A stretch of DNA of 64,000 nt, taken from assembly GCF_018977255.1 (NCBI RefSeq), contig NW_024704742.1, forward strand, positions 27,902,001 to 27,966,000. The letters are read 5' to 3'. The stretch comes from Callorhinchus milii. Taxonomy: Eukaryota. The translations under genes were made by a program, and so were the position numbers. The notes below the pieces were generated by a model. That model searched no databases and was not told where the DNA came from. It saw nothing but the letters and a program-made list of their open reading frames with translations. Positions 25,570-36,240 of this stretch are shown here, piece by piece (position 1 is the first letter of the stretch; the number at the start of each line of letters is the position of its first letter).

Positions 25570-26707
25570 GGGGGTCAATAATATTGATTCCTGATGGTCA
25601 ATCACACCGATCCAAATTTACTTATGGATTGGAGTTCCCATAGGTTGCTATGTGTCACTCTTGCTACAGATATTACATTTTGTCGCCTCTGTACTAATAC
25701 AGCCACATTTCGCGTTTTGACTAACTACACCAGATTGTCAGAGATCAGACACATACTCTACAGAACCTAGTTATGTAATTTACTCAACAATAAATTCTGG
25801 AAGGATTTGAATCAATACCCTTCACTGTATTATTAAAGATCGGACACAAACATTTGCTTTCTTTCTCCCCACACCCCTCCCAATATTTATGCACTATTGT
25901 CAGCTAAGATAAATATATGAAATGAATACAAATTAAAACTTATTTGGGTGCCATAGATCCAGCAATAAATGTAACCTTATGTAGGAAAATACTTGGAAGC
26001 CATGATGTAAACTTATAAATTATCGATGGCTGAAGGTATATAATCAGTTGGCAGAATATGCTACATTGAGAGTTGTAGCACTTTCTTGCATTGCATTTCA
26101 AGGGCAAACGTGACAAACTAAAGTTTCCCATTAATAAATCATTGTTCCTTTTTTGTAACTTAGTGGGATAATTACTTGGATTCAAGCTGTGGGGCTCGAT
26201 TAGGAAACCTCAAAAGGTGTTTCGAAGCTGTCCTAGACACCCATTCCTGTATCACTCTGGTTTGTGTAGAATAATTATGTTGAGATTACAGAATTTGCTT
26301 GAAGAGACTGGGAAATTTGATGTAAATTAACTTTCTGCTTCTGACAAGGATGATAAAAAGTAATTTGTAAAATTTTCAATTTTTTTTTACCAATTAAACA
26401 ACAAGCCTGAGAAGGAGTGAGATCATCAAATGTGAAGAAATGTAGGCTCTATATAACATAAGTACCTGAATCATGTATTCCTCTCCATCCTCAGAGCCCT
26501 TATATCCGGTCCTATTTAGATGTCTAAATAAAACAACACATGAAAAATTCCCATCTGCTCAGACCAAAAGGCCATTATAATTTGGCCCCGTCTGTTTCTT
26601 CTTCTCCTACAAAACAGTACAGACCAACTGCAGTAGGTTATTTTCAATGTGCTCAGATAATGCACAGCCAGAGTGGATCTGAAAGTAGGATTGTGAGTAA
26701 TCCTATC

Positions 26708-26751
26708 TGATATTGAATGGTTTCATTGATATTGAATGGTTTCATTGATAT
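26708..26751. repeat. 19-bp perfect tandem duplication
   Basis: TGATATTGAATGGTTTCAT twice, followed by TGATAT. Confidence 0.9.
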
Positions 26752-26819
26752 CACAGTACAGACAATGTTGGCCTGCAATACATTAAAAGCAGGGCAAATT
26801 AACAGACTCATTAGCTTGT

Positions 26820-27065
26820 ATGTTAGCTTGGTTCAGTTATAACACTCTAGCCTCCGGATCACAGGGTTATGGGATGAAAGACATATGTTGGACCTTGAAG
26901 TCCTTTTTCTTTAGGCAAGCACTCCAGTACACATTGTCACAAATGCTGTCTTCTGGATGAGATGGTTAATCAAGGTCCTATCTGCTTTCGAGGTGGAAAT
27001 GAAAGATCGCATTATTCAAGAAGAGAAGGGAGTTTCTGATGGTGTCCTGGCTAAGAATATCCCAG
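26820..27065 (+). mobile_element. Decayed Deu-SINE (head plus core)
   Basis: TGTTAGCTTGGTTCAGTT head; GGATGAGATGGTTAATCAAGGTCC...GGTGTCCTGGC core. Confidence 0.7.
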
Positions 27066-27222
27066 ATGAATTGATCAATTACCGTGCCAGTGTAAATGGG
27101 TTTTTGTTTCCTAGAAAAAACACACATTCACAATGAACACCAAGATATTTTCACATGGTAAGACACTGTAAAAATGTTTCTATAATCTAAGAGCACACAA
27201 CACAATTGATTCATGGCAAGTA

Positions 27223-27302
27223 CAACACCAACAATAAGATTACATTTGCATAGCGCCTTTCACATCGGGAGGACGTCCCAAGGCGCTATATAAATGTAAT
27301 CT
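27223..27302 (-). mobile_element. Very short L2 tail insertion with fold-back end
   Basis: CAACAATAAGATTACATTTGCATAGCGCCTTTCACATCGGGAGGACGTCCCAAGGCGCT followed by an inverted copy of its own end. Confidence 0.85.
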
Positions 27303-28003
27303 GAAACGTATAGGAAAAAGGGCATAATTTTGCCTAATATCTGAGGAGGCTGACAGTCCCAACACTACAAAATGCACAGTCGCTACAAACTACAGTGAAT
27401 CCTGTAAAGTGATTTGAGACGTTCTCCTGACATAAAAGGCACTAGATCAAATGAAATACTTATTTATATTGTTACTAGTGCAAGGTGAAGCATAGAAACA
27501 AACAATTGCCCAATACATAAGCAAATTAGACCCAGTGTACTGTATTTTGACCCTTCACATAGTGACCATCTCCAGGCTTCAGCACAAGTAAATTGTTGGG
27601 TTTGTTGTTGTCTGTAGCCTGATGGTGCAGTCCACAGAGATGGTAAGACTCACCCTGAGCAATGGGAATTGAGGCACTGTGGAAAATATCAATCTGAAAC
27701 AAAAATCATTCAGTGAACTAAGGGCAATCATTCACTTGCTCTATTTCTGGTTTACTGTCAGCTAGCTGGCACCTTGACAACATATGACATGAGTACTATG
27801 CAGGAGGGACATGCAACACTGCATCAATTATAGAAACGCACAGAGCATTGGTAGCAGAGCCAAAGCCCACCAGCCATTATTGCAACAGTGGGTCAAGACA
27901 GTCCATGTTAAATTAGTGCCCATTTTCTAAGATGTACTCCATCATACTGTAATCAATCACTCTTTACCATATGTAGTTTGAAGGCAAATTATTTAACTTG
28001 AGA

Positions 28004-28245
28004 TTTTTTTCAGTCAGCTGGGTGTCTATCGCATCACCACACTTAAGAGTCTCCAAACCAAACTACTCAGAGTTTTACTTGTGTATAGTTTCCATTTGTT
28101 TAGCATGGAGTGCATACACTCTTGCTGGAGAGACACATCCTGCTTATCTTATCCCAGAGAGTTTAGTCACTGGTTGGCAAGACCTAAGGCGTGGGGATCT
28201 CAACATGTGCATTAAATGACTCCAGTTAAAATCGCGCAGGTTAAA
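28004..28245 (-). repeat. Unclassified ~270-bp interspersed repeat, copy 2
   Basis: Reverse complement of the 1027/56101 family (CTTAAGAGT.TCCAAACCAAACT; CATCCTGCTTATCTTATCCCAGA). Confidence 0.75.
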
Positions 28246-28521
28246 ATTTCAATAACCAATTCATTTAAGAAGGCTGAAAGATCAATCTTATTTCTTTATA
28301 TGTTGCAAAAGCATTACCAAACAATTATGATAAAAATCCTGACATTTGAAATAGTGCCTTGTCGTGTCAGGAGGGTGTCTCAAAGCGCTTCACAGGATCT
28401 ACTGTAAAGTGCAGTGCCTGAATATTTTGCAGACAAATTCGTACAAAAGTTGAATCTTTCGATGTTAAAATAATAATAATAATTTGGTTACTTAATGCAC
28501 GTCTGTTTGTGAGACAATTGT

Positions 28522-28712
28522 CAAATTGCACACAGCAGTGTTCCACAAACAGTTGTGGATCGAGTGACCAAATTTTTATTGTTTATTTTCTTGAAGGATT
28601 ATTATCAGGCATGTGGAGTAAGGAAACTTGCCCAAGGTTTTGCCCTGCTGGGAATCAAACCCAGGTCTCTCACTTGCGAGGTGAGTGCTCTAACCATTGA
28701 GCTACAGGACTG
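28522..28712 (-). mobile_element. tRNA-derived SINE 5' part
   Basis: GAGTGCTCTAACCATTGAGCTACAGGAC head; body matches the family. Confidence 0.9.
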
Positions 28713-29287
28713 CCTATTGTGCCTCAATCCAACCGACATTCTGAGATCTACTTGCAGATACATTGGACAGGGGTTTTAATGAATCAATGTGACATGCTAC
28801 CATTTACCAGCAAGATTTGTTATGTGACATGCGATGTGCTATTTGTTGATACCCCAGATTCCTATTGTTGAGTTACGCTCGAATTCCAAATATTCCAAAA
28901 GTGGCCACAAATATCTTCGAGCCCAATTATTTTCATAATGTCAGGGGAGGGGCAGTTATACCCAGACATTGACCAGAGGAAAATTTCTCGGACGTGATAA
29001 TGAGCACCGCTGATGATTATCACATCATGTGCCACAATTTTCCCCGCTATATTAGCGACTTCTCTTGCAGCTCACCACTCTGACACGTTGTGAAGGTGTA
29101 CTGTGTGGGAATATCATCTGGGGAATAGAAAGGTTAGTGTAGAATATGTAAATTGTATTATTGGGTTTACCTACAATTATTTGCCTCCCTATACATTGAA
29201 AACATTCCAGGGTTGCGTCTTTTATGCCATATTCTATGTGAAGAAGAGAGCTATCCTCCTTGGGGCGAGGTAAACAGGGTCTCATTG

Positions 29288-29349
29288 AAGTTTGGTTTGG
29301 ATACTCTTAAGCATGGTCGTGTGTCAGACACCTGACTGACCAAAAAAAA
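29288..29349 (+). repeat. 3' terminal module of the unclassified repeat attached to a different body
   Basis: AGTTTGGTTTGGATACTCTTAAGCATGGT...GTGTCAGACACCTGACTGACC(A)8. Confidence 0.75.
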
Positions 29350-29424
29350 CAAGCTCCAAGCTCAGCACTAAACCTTTACTGAACTTAATTTAAGTTAACC
29401 CTCACTAAGCTTAACTCTGTTACT

Positions 29425-29735
29425 TAATTGTGAGACATGGAGCTGACAGTCCAGTGTAGTGGGGATGTGCTGCATTGCTGGAGGTAACGTCCGTCAGATG
29501 AGTCATTAAACTGAGGTCCTGTCTGCCTGTTCAGGTGGATATTAAAGATCTCATTGCATTATACCAAGAGACTGGACAACAATTTACCAAATAAAAAAAA
29601 CCTTTATTGCTTCATGGCTGTTTGTGGGGCGTTGTGTGCAAATTGACTGTCACATTTGACTACAAATAAACAGATGCTGCAAATTGCAGTACTTTTGAAA
29701 TTTTTGACATAAGGTGCAAATGCAAGGATTCATAT
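29425..29735 (+). mobile_element. Deu-SINE (core plus tail)
   Basis: GTGCTGCATTGCTGGAGGT...CAGATGAGTCATTAAACTGAGGTCCTGTCTGCCTGTTCAGGTGGATATTAAAGATC. Confidence 0.8.
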
Positions 29736-30754
29736 GATTCAGTCCCATTTAATCTGTTTTACATCATGCTGACCCCACAAACACCAGCTAGCTATGGTCT
29801 GCCTAGAGCTGATCTGGCTACCAAAGCCTCTATGCTCTCAACAGTCACAACAAGCTCTGCATCTGGGCTGACTGTTTAGGACTGCCAGCCAATATCAAGA
29901 CAGTCATAAATACAGGAAAAATACAGTAACTTAATTTCTAAAATTAATCTATCACAGTTTCAATTGACCATTGTATTCCTATTTATGGCATGTATTGATA
30001 GCCTTCATGTCATTAAATTAAGCTGTGCTATATTTCAGACTCCAGCCAGCAACAGCTCTTTAACTTGCATTTACTCAATAATTACTTTTCTCCCCTTTTT
30101 TCATTATTATTGGATAGCTATTAAATTCCCAGCGTTTGAGTTTCATGATTCAAGATTTCTGAGCTCTCAGCAGTTCCTGTGAACCAGTGCTGCCTGTATT
30201 ATGAATAGTAATTTTACTGTCTGCTGCCACAATTGTGTACAGTGACATATAGGCTACATTTCTTTCAATGTCACATCATTAGTTTCTTTTTAATCCCTTT
30301 GGGTTCTGTGTCAGCAGCATGTTTTGCAACATTTAGAAAATATCCCTGAGTACATCATGGAGACTAAACAAAGGCTTGCTTGGAACTCTGATTTATTTCT
30401 GTTCTCTTCAGGAACCATAAAACTGATAGCGTAATTTAGCTCAACCGTATACTGCCAGGAACTGGATTCCTTTTGCCTTCTGCTACAGAGTAGGATAATT
30501 GCAATCTCATAGTGTGAGGTTTGCGAGGTCACTGTGGTGCTGTAAACATGGGGATGTAAAGCAAAGAAAATATACATTATTGCAATGGCTATTTTTACCA
30601 TCATAACAACAACTCACATTTATATAGCGCCCCTCACGCAGGGTAGCCTTCACAGAGAACTTAAAATATCATGCGGTAGTTATTTTACATAATATAATAA
30701 AAAGTGATTTTAGTATAACATGGTAACTAACTTTTACTGTGAACTTTACCCATA

Positions 30755-30881
30755 CTCTCCCCACCCTCCAACCCTCCTGATCCCAACCCCTGGCTCGGGT
30801 GCAAGCCCTCGACCGTCCAGCACCTTAGGACGTTCTCCCGACGTGAAAGGCACCATACAAATATAATTTGTTGTTGTTGTT
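30755..30881 (+). mobile_element. L2 3' UTR/tail
   Basis: CAGCACCTTAGGACGTTCTCCCGACGTGAAAGGCACC...(TTG)n. Confidence 0.8.
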
Positions 30882-31131
30882 TATGACTTTGGAGTTACTG
30901 TCTGCCATTTCTGATGGATAACTTCACAGCTGTGCAGAACTTTCCCAAATTTTCTCTGGATTCAGATTTGATTAAGCAATGTTCCTTGGGTCTAACTGGT
31001 TCGTTACACAACTGATGGCTCCTTCTTGCAGAATGAATAACCAGGCTGGGGGCCAAGTTAATGAATATCCAGGAGACAGTTTTCCATAGAACAAGATGTA
31101 GCAGATCACTTGCGGGTAATGGCATTATTAG

Positions 31132-31431
31132 AGTGGTTAGAGCACTCGCTTTGCAAGCGAGAGACCTGAGTTCAATTCCAGGCAGAGGGCGAAACCTTGG
31201 GCAAGTTTCCTTACTCCACACAGAGCCTAATAATAATCCCTCCAAAACCAAAAACAATAATAAATGGGTCATTTTCAATCTACGACTGTTTGTGGGACAT
31301 TGCTGTGCGCAATTGGCTGCCGCGTTCGCCCACAAATATAGTCAATTCACTTTACAGGTCTCCTGTGAAGCGCTTTGGGATGTCCTCCCGACGTGAAAAG
31401 CGCTATATCAAATGCAAGGATTATTATTATT
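31132..31431 (+). mobile_element. Young tRNA(Ala)-like SINE, slightly 5' truncated
   Basis: Near-identical to the 16777 copy. Confidence 0.95.
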
Positions 31432-31654
31432 TTTGCTTTGCTCGGTAAGTGAAGATATTTTGAGGGAATCAGCTTCTACTGGGGAGGTTAAGACACACTG
31501 GAAACGAGGAAATGTGGTTACAATATTTAAGACAGGTGACATAACTGGCGTCTTGCCTGACCTGAATAATTGAAAATAAATTGAGCATTACAAGCAAAAT
31601 GTACCATGGCCTTTATGTAAATAACAATGAAAAATAAATTGACATTTGTCTATA

Positions 31655-32460
31655 AATAGCCAACCAACAAAGATGGAGTTTCAGAGAGTGGGGCCAGAAA
31701 GGCCGATGGTGGGGCAAGCAGGGTGAGGACATGAAGTAGGCCTTTGTCCACTGAGCAGAGAAAACGGGCAGGTTGGGAGGGTTTTAGAAGGTTACAGGGG
31801 CAAGACCGTGGAAGGATTATAAAAGTGATACGAGGATCTTGAACTCGATCCGCTGGGGGATGGGGAGCCAGTGGAGTCAGATGGGATAGGGGTGATAGGC
31901 TCGTGAAGACTGGTGTGGAAGTGCCCACAAGCTGAGAGATCTGAATAATCTGTAGCTTGCAGAGGGAAGAGTTGGGAAATCTGGCAAGCTGGGAATTAAT
32001 ATAGTGAAACCCAGATTTGATGAAAGCATCTATAAGGGTCTTGGCAACCCAAAGGGAGGTAGTGGCAGAGGTTGGCAATGTTGCAGAGGTGGGGGACAAC
32101 TGAACTGGTCAGAGCACGGATGTAGAATTTAAAAGATAATCGAGAGTCAAATAAACCACTGAGGTTCTACATTGGCTCCAAGAGGAGGTGTATGCATCTG
32201 TGAAGACTGATGTTGTCAGTGTCTGAGGTGAGAAGGCTCAGCCTTGGTTTAAGTAGGGGAGCCTCAGTCTTGTCATCATTAAAGTGGGTAACATTAACTA
32301 TCATACAGGACTTGCTGTATGATTGACAATCCATCAGGACAGCAGTGGTCCTGGAATTGTAGGTGGAGACAGAGAGCTAGAGTTGTGTGTCATCCACATA
32401 CATGTGGAATTTAACTCCATGCCTGTAGATGACGTCACCGAGCGGGAGCATGTCGATATT
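31655..32460 (-). mobile_element. Decayed L2 ORF2 C-terminal region
   Basis: KTLIDAFIKSGFHYINSQLARFPNSSLCKLQIIQ and the YVDDTQL region on the minus strand. Confidence 0.85.
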
Positions 32461-33059
32461 AAAGAGAAGATAATATGGAACCACTGGACTATTATTTGGG
32501 TGGGAGGTTGAAATGAATTCATCTGTAAAATGAGTTCACCATCCACACTTGTACTTGACCTTGTATAAATGGATTAGTTATATCACTACTACTTGGCTAT
32601 TTACCTCTATCTCCATGAAACTGTTCAAGAACAAGCCACTGCATTGTTTCTATAAGGATGTCTACCAGACCCAAATTAAACTTACAGCAATCAGATGAAC
32701 AAATGAGCTATTACCGTATGGTTACCTCTCACCCTCTTCACTGCACAACTAGAGATTAGAGCGATGCACCATCCATCCTCCTGAGCTTCCATCGATTAGA
32801 GAAACAGCACTGCAAGGCAGCATCCTTTTGCCCCACCCCCATCAGAATAGCAGGAGCTACGCGAGCAGATCCTACCATGAGAAGCAAAACCAGAAACTGA
32901 ACTAACGAGAGTAATCACTATAAATTATAATACACATACACACTATGTGTGTATATATATATGTATTCTATTGATTGTTCATGTCTAAGTGGACTACTGC
33001 AACTGCAAACCCTGCATTTGATCACAGAGTTTTACCTGATACCCTTACTTAAGTTCCTC

Positions 33060-33278
33060 GGGGAAACATTTTACTTGCGTCTAGACTTGCACTGGTTTTC
33101 TTGGGATTTCAGAGAGCAAAGAATTTGGTAAATTCTTAAATTTGGTCTTAATGTTGACGCCGTTTTTTCTGTGGGTTCTTTAAGAACTTTCAAATTAAGG
33201 CAGAATTTAAGAATTTCTAAGGAAATTGAATAGAAATCCTAAGGAATTAGCTTAGACTCAGGCAGAATTCCTTTACCC
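33060..33278. mobile_element. Palindromic MITE-like element (diverged)
   Basis: GGG...TCTAGA...GAATTTGGTAAATTCTTAAAT...ATTTAAGAATTT...CCC, similar to the 15985 copy. Confidence 0.6.
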
Positions 33279-34744
33279 ATTTCTTTGAAACTCTAAATAT
33301 ATAAGATAAAAATGGAAAATAAATGTACCTTTTCCACACTGGAGCTATAGGATTCAATGAAGGATAAGGGGATGAAAGGAATGACTCAATACCCTTCACT
33401 ATCAATCTTCTGATTGCTGTAAGTGCTTTTCCAACATCCTCCTCACATGAAAGGTGCTATATCAAATGCAAGGGTTATTTTTATTTTTATGCCATTGTTT
33501 GTATATTTGCCCCAAATTAGACCATTTGAATATCAAATGTTCCAATTTGGTTAACTCTTAAACAGTATGAGATTTCCAAGAAAGGATTCCATAGAAGAAC
33601 TGAACATGTTAAACATTGTGTTTATGATTGCTGAAAAACTGTTCATTTTGTAGTACAATACTACCTGGCATTCTCTAAGGCATTCATATACCTTTGCCTT
33701 CAAATTGATAAATGAACCTGTAAGTGGAACTTATCAGTTATTTTCATACATAATCCTTATCCAATTAACCATGACTGAACCTGGACTGGTGCTGTGGGCC
33801 TCCAATAGGGTAGAAAGGAAAGTTAATCCTAACCTGCAGTGGGTATCTCTTTGTCATATCTCAATCTATCTTTATGGGCGATGACTTAACTGAAACCTGT
33901 TTTTTTTGCACTGTCGACATGAGATAAGTTAAAAATAGAAGTTCAAATGTTTCACTTTTTAGGGGACTTTAAAAGTTGGTGAAGTCTAAATTCGGTTGAA
34001 CCAAGCAAATATCACAACTTCTCACTGCTGATCACTAATCCAGTCATTATCATTGCTTCCGCATACATTTATTTACACGGACACAAAAATCTTCTTCAAG
34101 TGAATGCACGGCAAATTGTCCTGGTGCAAAAACAAGACTGTTCTTTAGTAAGTGAGTTTCACCTCACGGCTTGGCTATAATCCCAGTAAGAGTGGAGTGA
34201 GGCAGCTACAACAACAACAACAACTCGGATTTATGTAGTGCCCTCCACGCCAGACGGCATCTCAGAGCACTTGATCACTCAAGCGCAGCCGAGGAAACAG
34301 ATAAAGCGTCCAGAGTTCCTGGTCCTTCCGCAGCATCCTATGCTGTGGTGCTCATGTATGAAGAGAGTTCAAGCTGAACTGTGACACCCTCTATTGTTTA
34401 GTTGTCTGCCGACACTCTGTCCAAACTCATACCTGAACAATGGCCACTTGGATGGGCTACTGGAGAACAACCAGTGCCTATGGATTCGCACCCAAACAAG
34501 AGGAGCCGGGGACCAGAGGCAGATGGGCATATGCCAGTGGTGAGATAATTAGAAAACATAATTGAAAACACAATATTTTTGTAAGAGAAATCAATAATGT
34601 GAGCTGACACATCGGCTTTTAACAGTGATGCCCACCTTGCCCTCCTCCTTAAACAAAGTGGACCTCTGCTTGTTTAGCTTACGGTTGATGTTCTGCTAAC
34701 CGGTGCCAGAAAGCAAGTTAATTTATCGTGTTAGCAAAGATTGG

Positions 34745-34998
34745 CATGTTCTGGTGGATGTTAAATATCCCATGGCACTGTTCGAAAAGGTAAAGGAGTT
34801 CACTTTCAGTGTCCTGGCCAACAATCCCTCAGGTGGAATTGATTATTCACTTCATGGTTGTTTGTGAGACATTGTTTTACACAAATAAGCTAATGTGTTT
34901 GCCTATAGATACAGTGAATTCTATGAAGTGACCGTGTGGCGCTTTGAGATGTCTTGATGACGTGATAAGACCTTCATCAAATGCAAAGATTATTATTT
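34745..34998 (+). mobile_element. Deu-SINE 3' part
   Basis: GGTGGATGTTAAATATCCCATGGCACTGTTCGAA...GTGTCCTGGCCAACAATCCC...tail. Confidence 0.8.
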
Positions 34999-35399
34999 GA
35001 TTATTTGACTGATGGGCTTGTCAGTCCTCAGAAACATTAAACACGTTAAGGGTGCCCAGCAGCTCACCCCTGAACTCCTTTCACTTTAAGTTTCAAAAGC
35101 TCACACCAGCTGTAAGTTGTACTACAGCTGCACCAAATCTGAAGTAGTGCAGACTTTGTCCTCAAGCGAATTGACACTGATCTTCAAACTAATCGCTCTC
35201 TTGAAACTGCAGTTAAACTGCAGAGTGTGCATCAGTTTTGATTCAAAGATTGTGTTGAACTAGTGCAGCCTGTGTCTCATAACGTAATATAGTGGTTAGA
35301 ACTCCTCTGTTAAGTATATAAAGAATATTGAAATAGCTGTCAGCAGGTTACTGCCTAAAGTTCCCTGGGTGCCAGTACTATTTATAATATTTAGAGGAC

Positions 35400-36240
35400 A
35401 TTGAACTTGATGTTTTTAATAAAGAGCATTGCCACCAGCTGGCTCATTGCATGTTGACTGTGCCTTCATTAGAGTAATGCCTTCTGATGGAAGACCACAC
35501 AGGACAGAGCTCTGGTGGCCTCAGACCTCACAGAAAGCCACTTTAGTTTTCAAAATGAATTAAGCTGAAAAATGTAGATATATTTTTGCCTTTGTTTATT
35601 AAAGTAAAAGTTTCTGCTAAACCCAAAGAAAATGTGCTTTTTTTAAAAAAAAGAACAAGCGGCTCATTATTGGGTGGTTTCAACTTGCAGTATGAAACTA
35701 AAATTGTGTCAAGAACATCAAGTGTAAAAAGATGTTAGCATTTTTAATATAGCACTGATTGATTCATTAATGTAGATAATCCCATTAACAAACTGAGCAA
35801 TTGGCTGTTGTCATTTGACATTCCTGAAATTAGCCACTGATTAATCTTCTGGCCACTGATCAGGAATTAAACTGGATCTTGCAGAGCGGCAAGAATACTA
35901 ATGCACTGAACTTGTGTTGTGGGAAGGGTGGGGGAAGGGAGACAATGCTTGTCAATATTCAGGTTTCTAATGCAGTTCCCCTCTTCTTCACAAAGTCATT
36001 GCCTTGTTATTTAAAGTGTGCTTTACTCTGTGGAGAGAAAGTCACTGAATTTCACCATTGACGAAAGAAACACTTGCTCACAATTGCGCGGCATTCAAAT
36101 GTTAAAAGACTCGATGAGAGTAATGATGGAGCTTAAATGTTTGGTCATTGCACTTGTTGAGGGCAGGAAAGAGGAACTGTGTTGTCTCTTGGATTATTGC
36201 TTCACAGTGCCAGATATTGGAAGTTCTCTACTTGAAATCT
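35400..36240. promoter_or_regulatory. Candidate conserved non-coding / enhancer-like block
   Basis: Repeat-free; TGATTGAT (Pbx-Hox-type) at 35756, TGTCA-TT-TGACA at 35809 and many TAAT motifs. Conservation is untested. Confidence 0.35.

Noticed and set aside
30385..30440. Strong-looking splice acceptor TTCTGTTCTCTTCAG
   Set aside because: All three downstream frames hit a stop within about 30 nt.
30895..31448. Recurrent ORFs such as NLRLFVGHCCAQLAAAFAHKY and [18 protein letters not shown]
   Set aside because: These are translations of non-coding SINE copies; the similarity reflects repeat identity, not a protein family.
34401..34545. Possible coding exon (AG...GTGAGA with an open frame)
   Set aside because: The peptide is unrecognisable, two frames are open by chance, and the sequence resembles an old interspersed repeat I recall from shark genomes (unverified).
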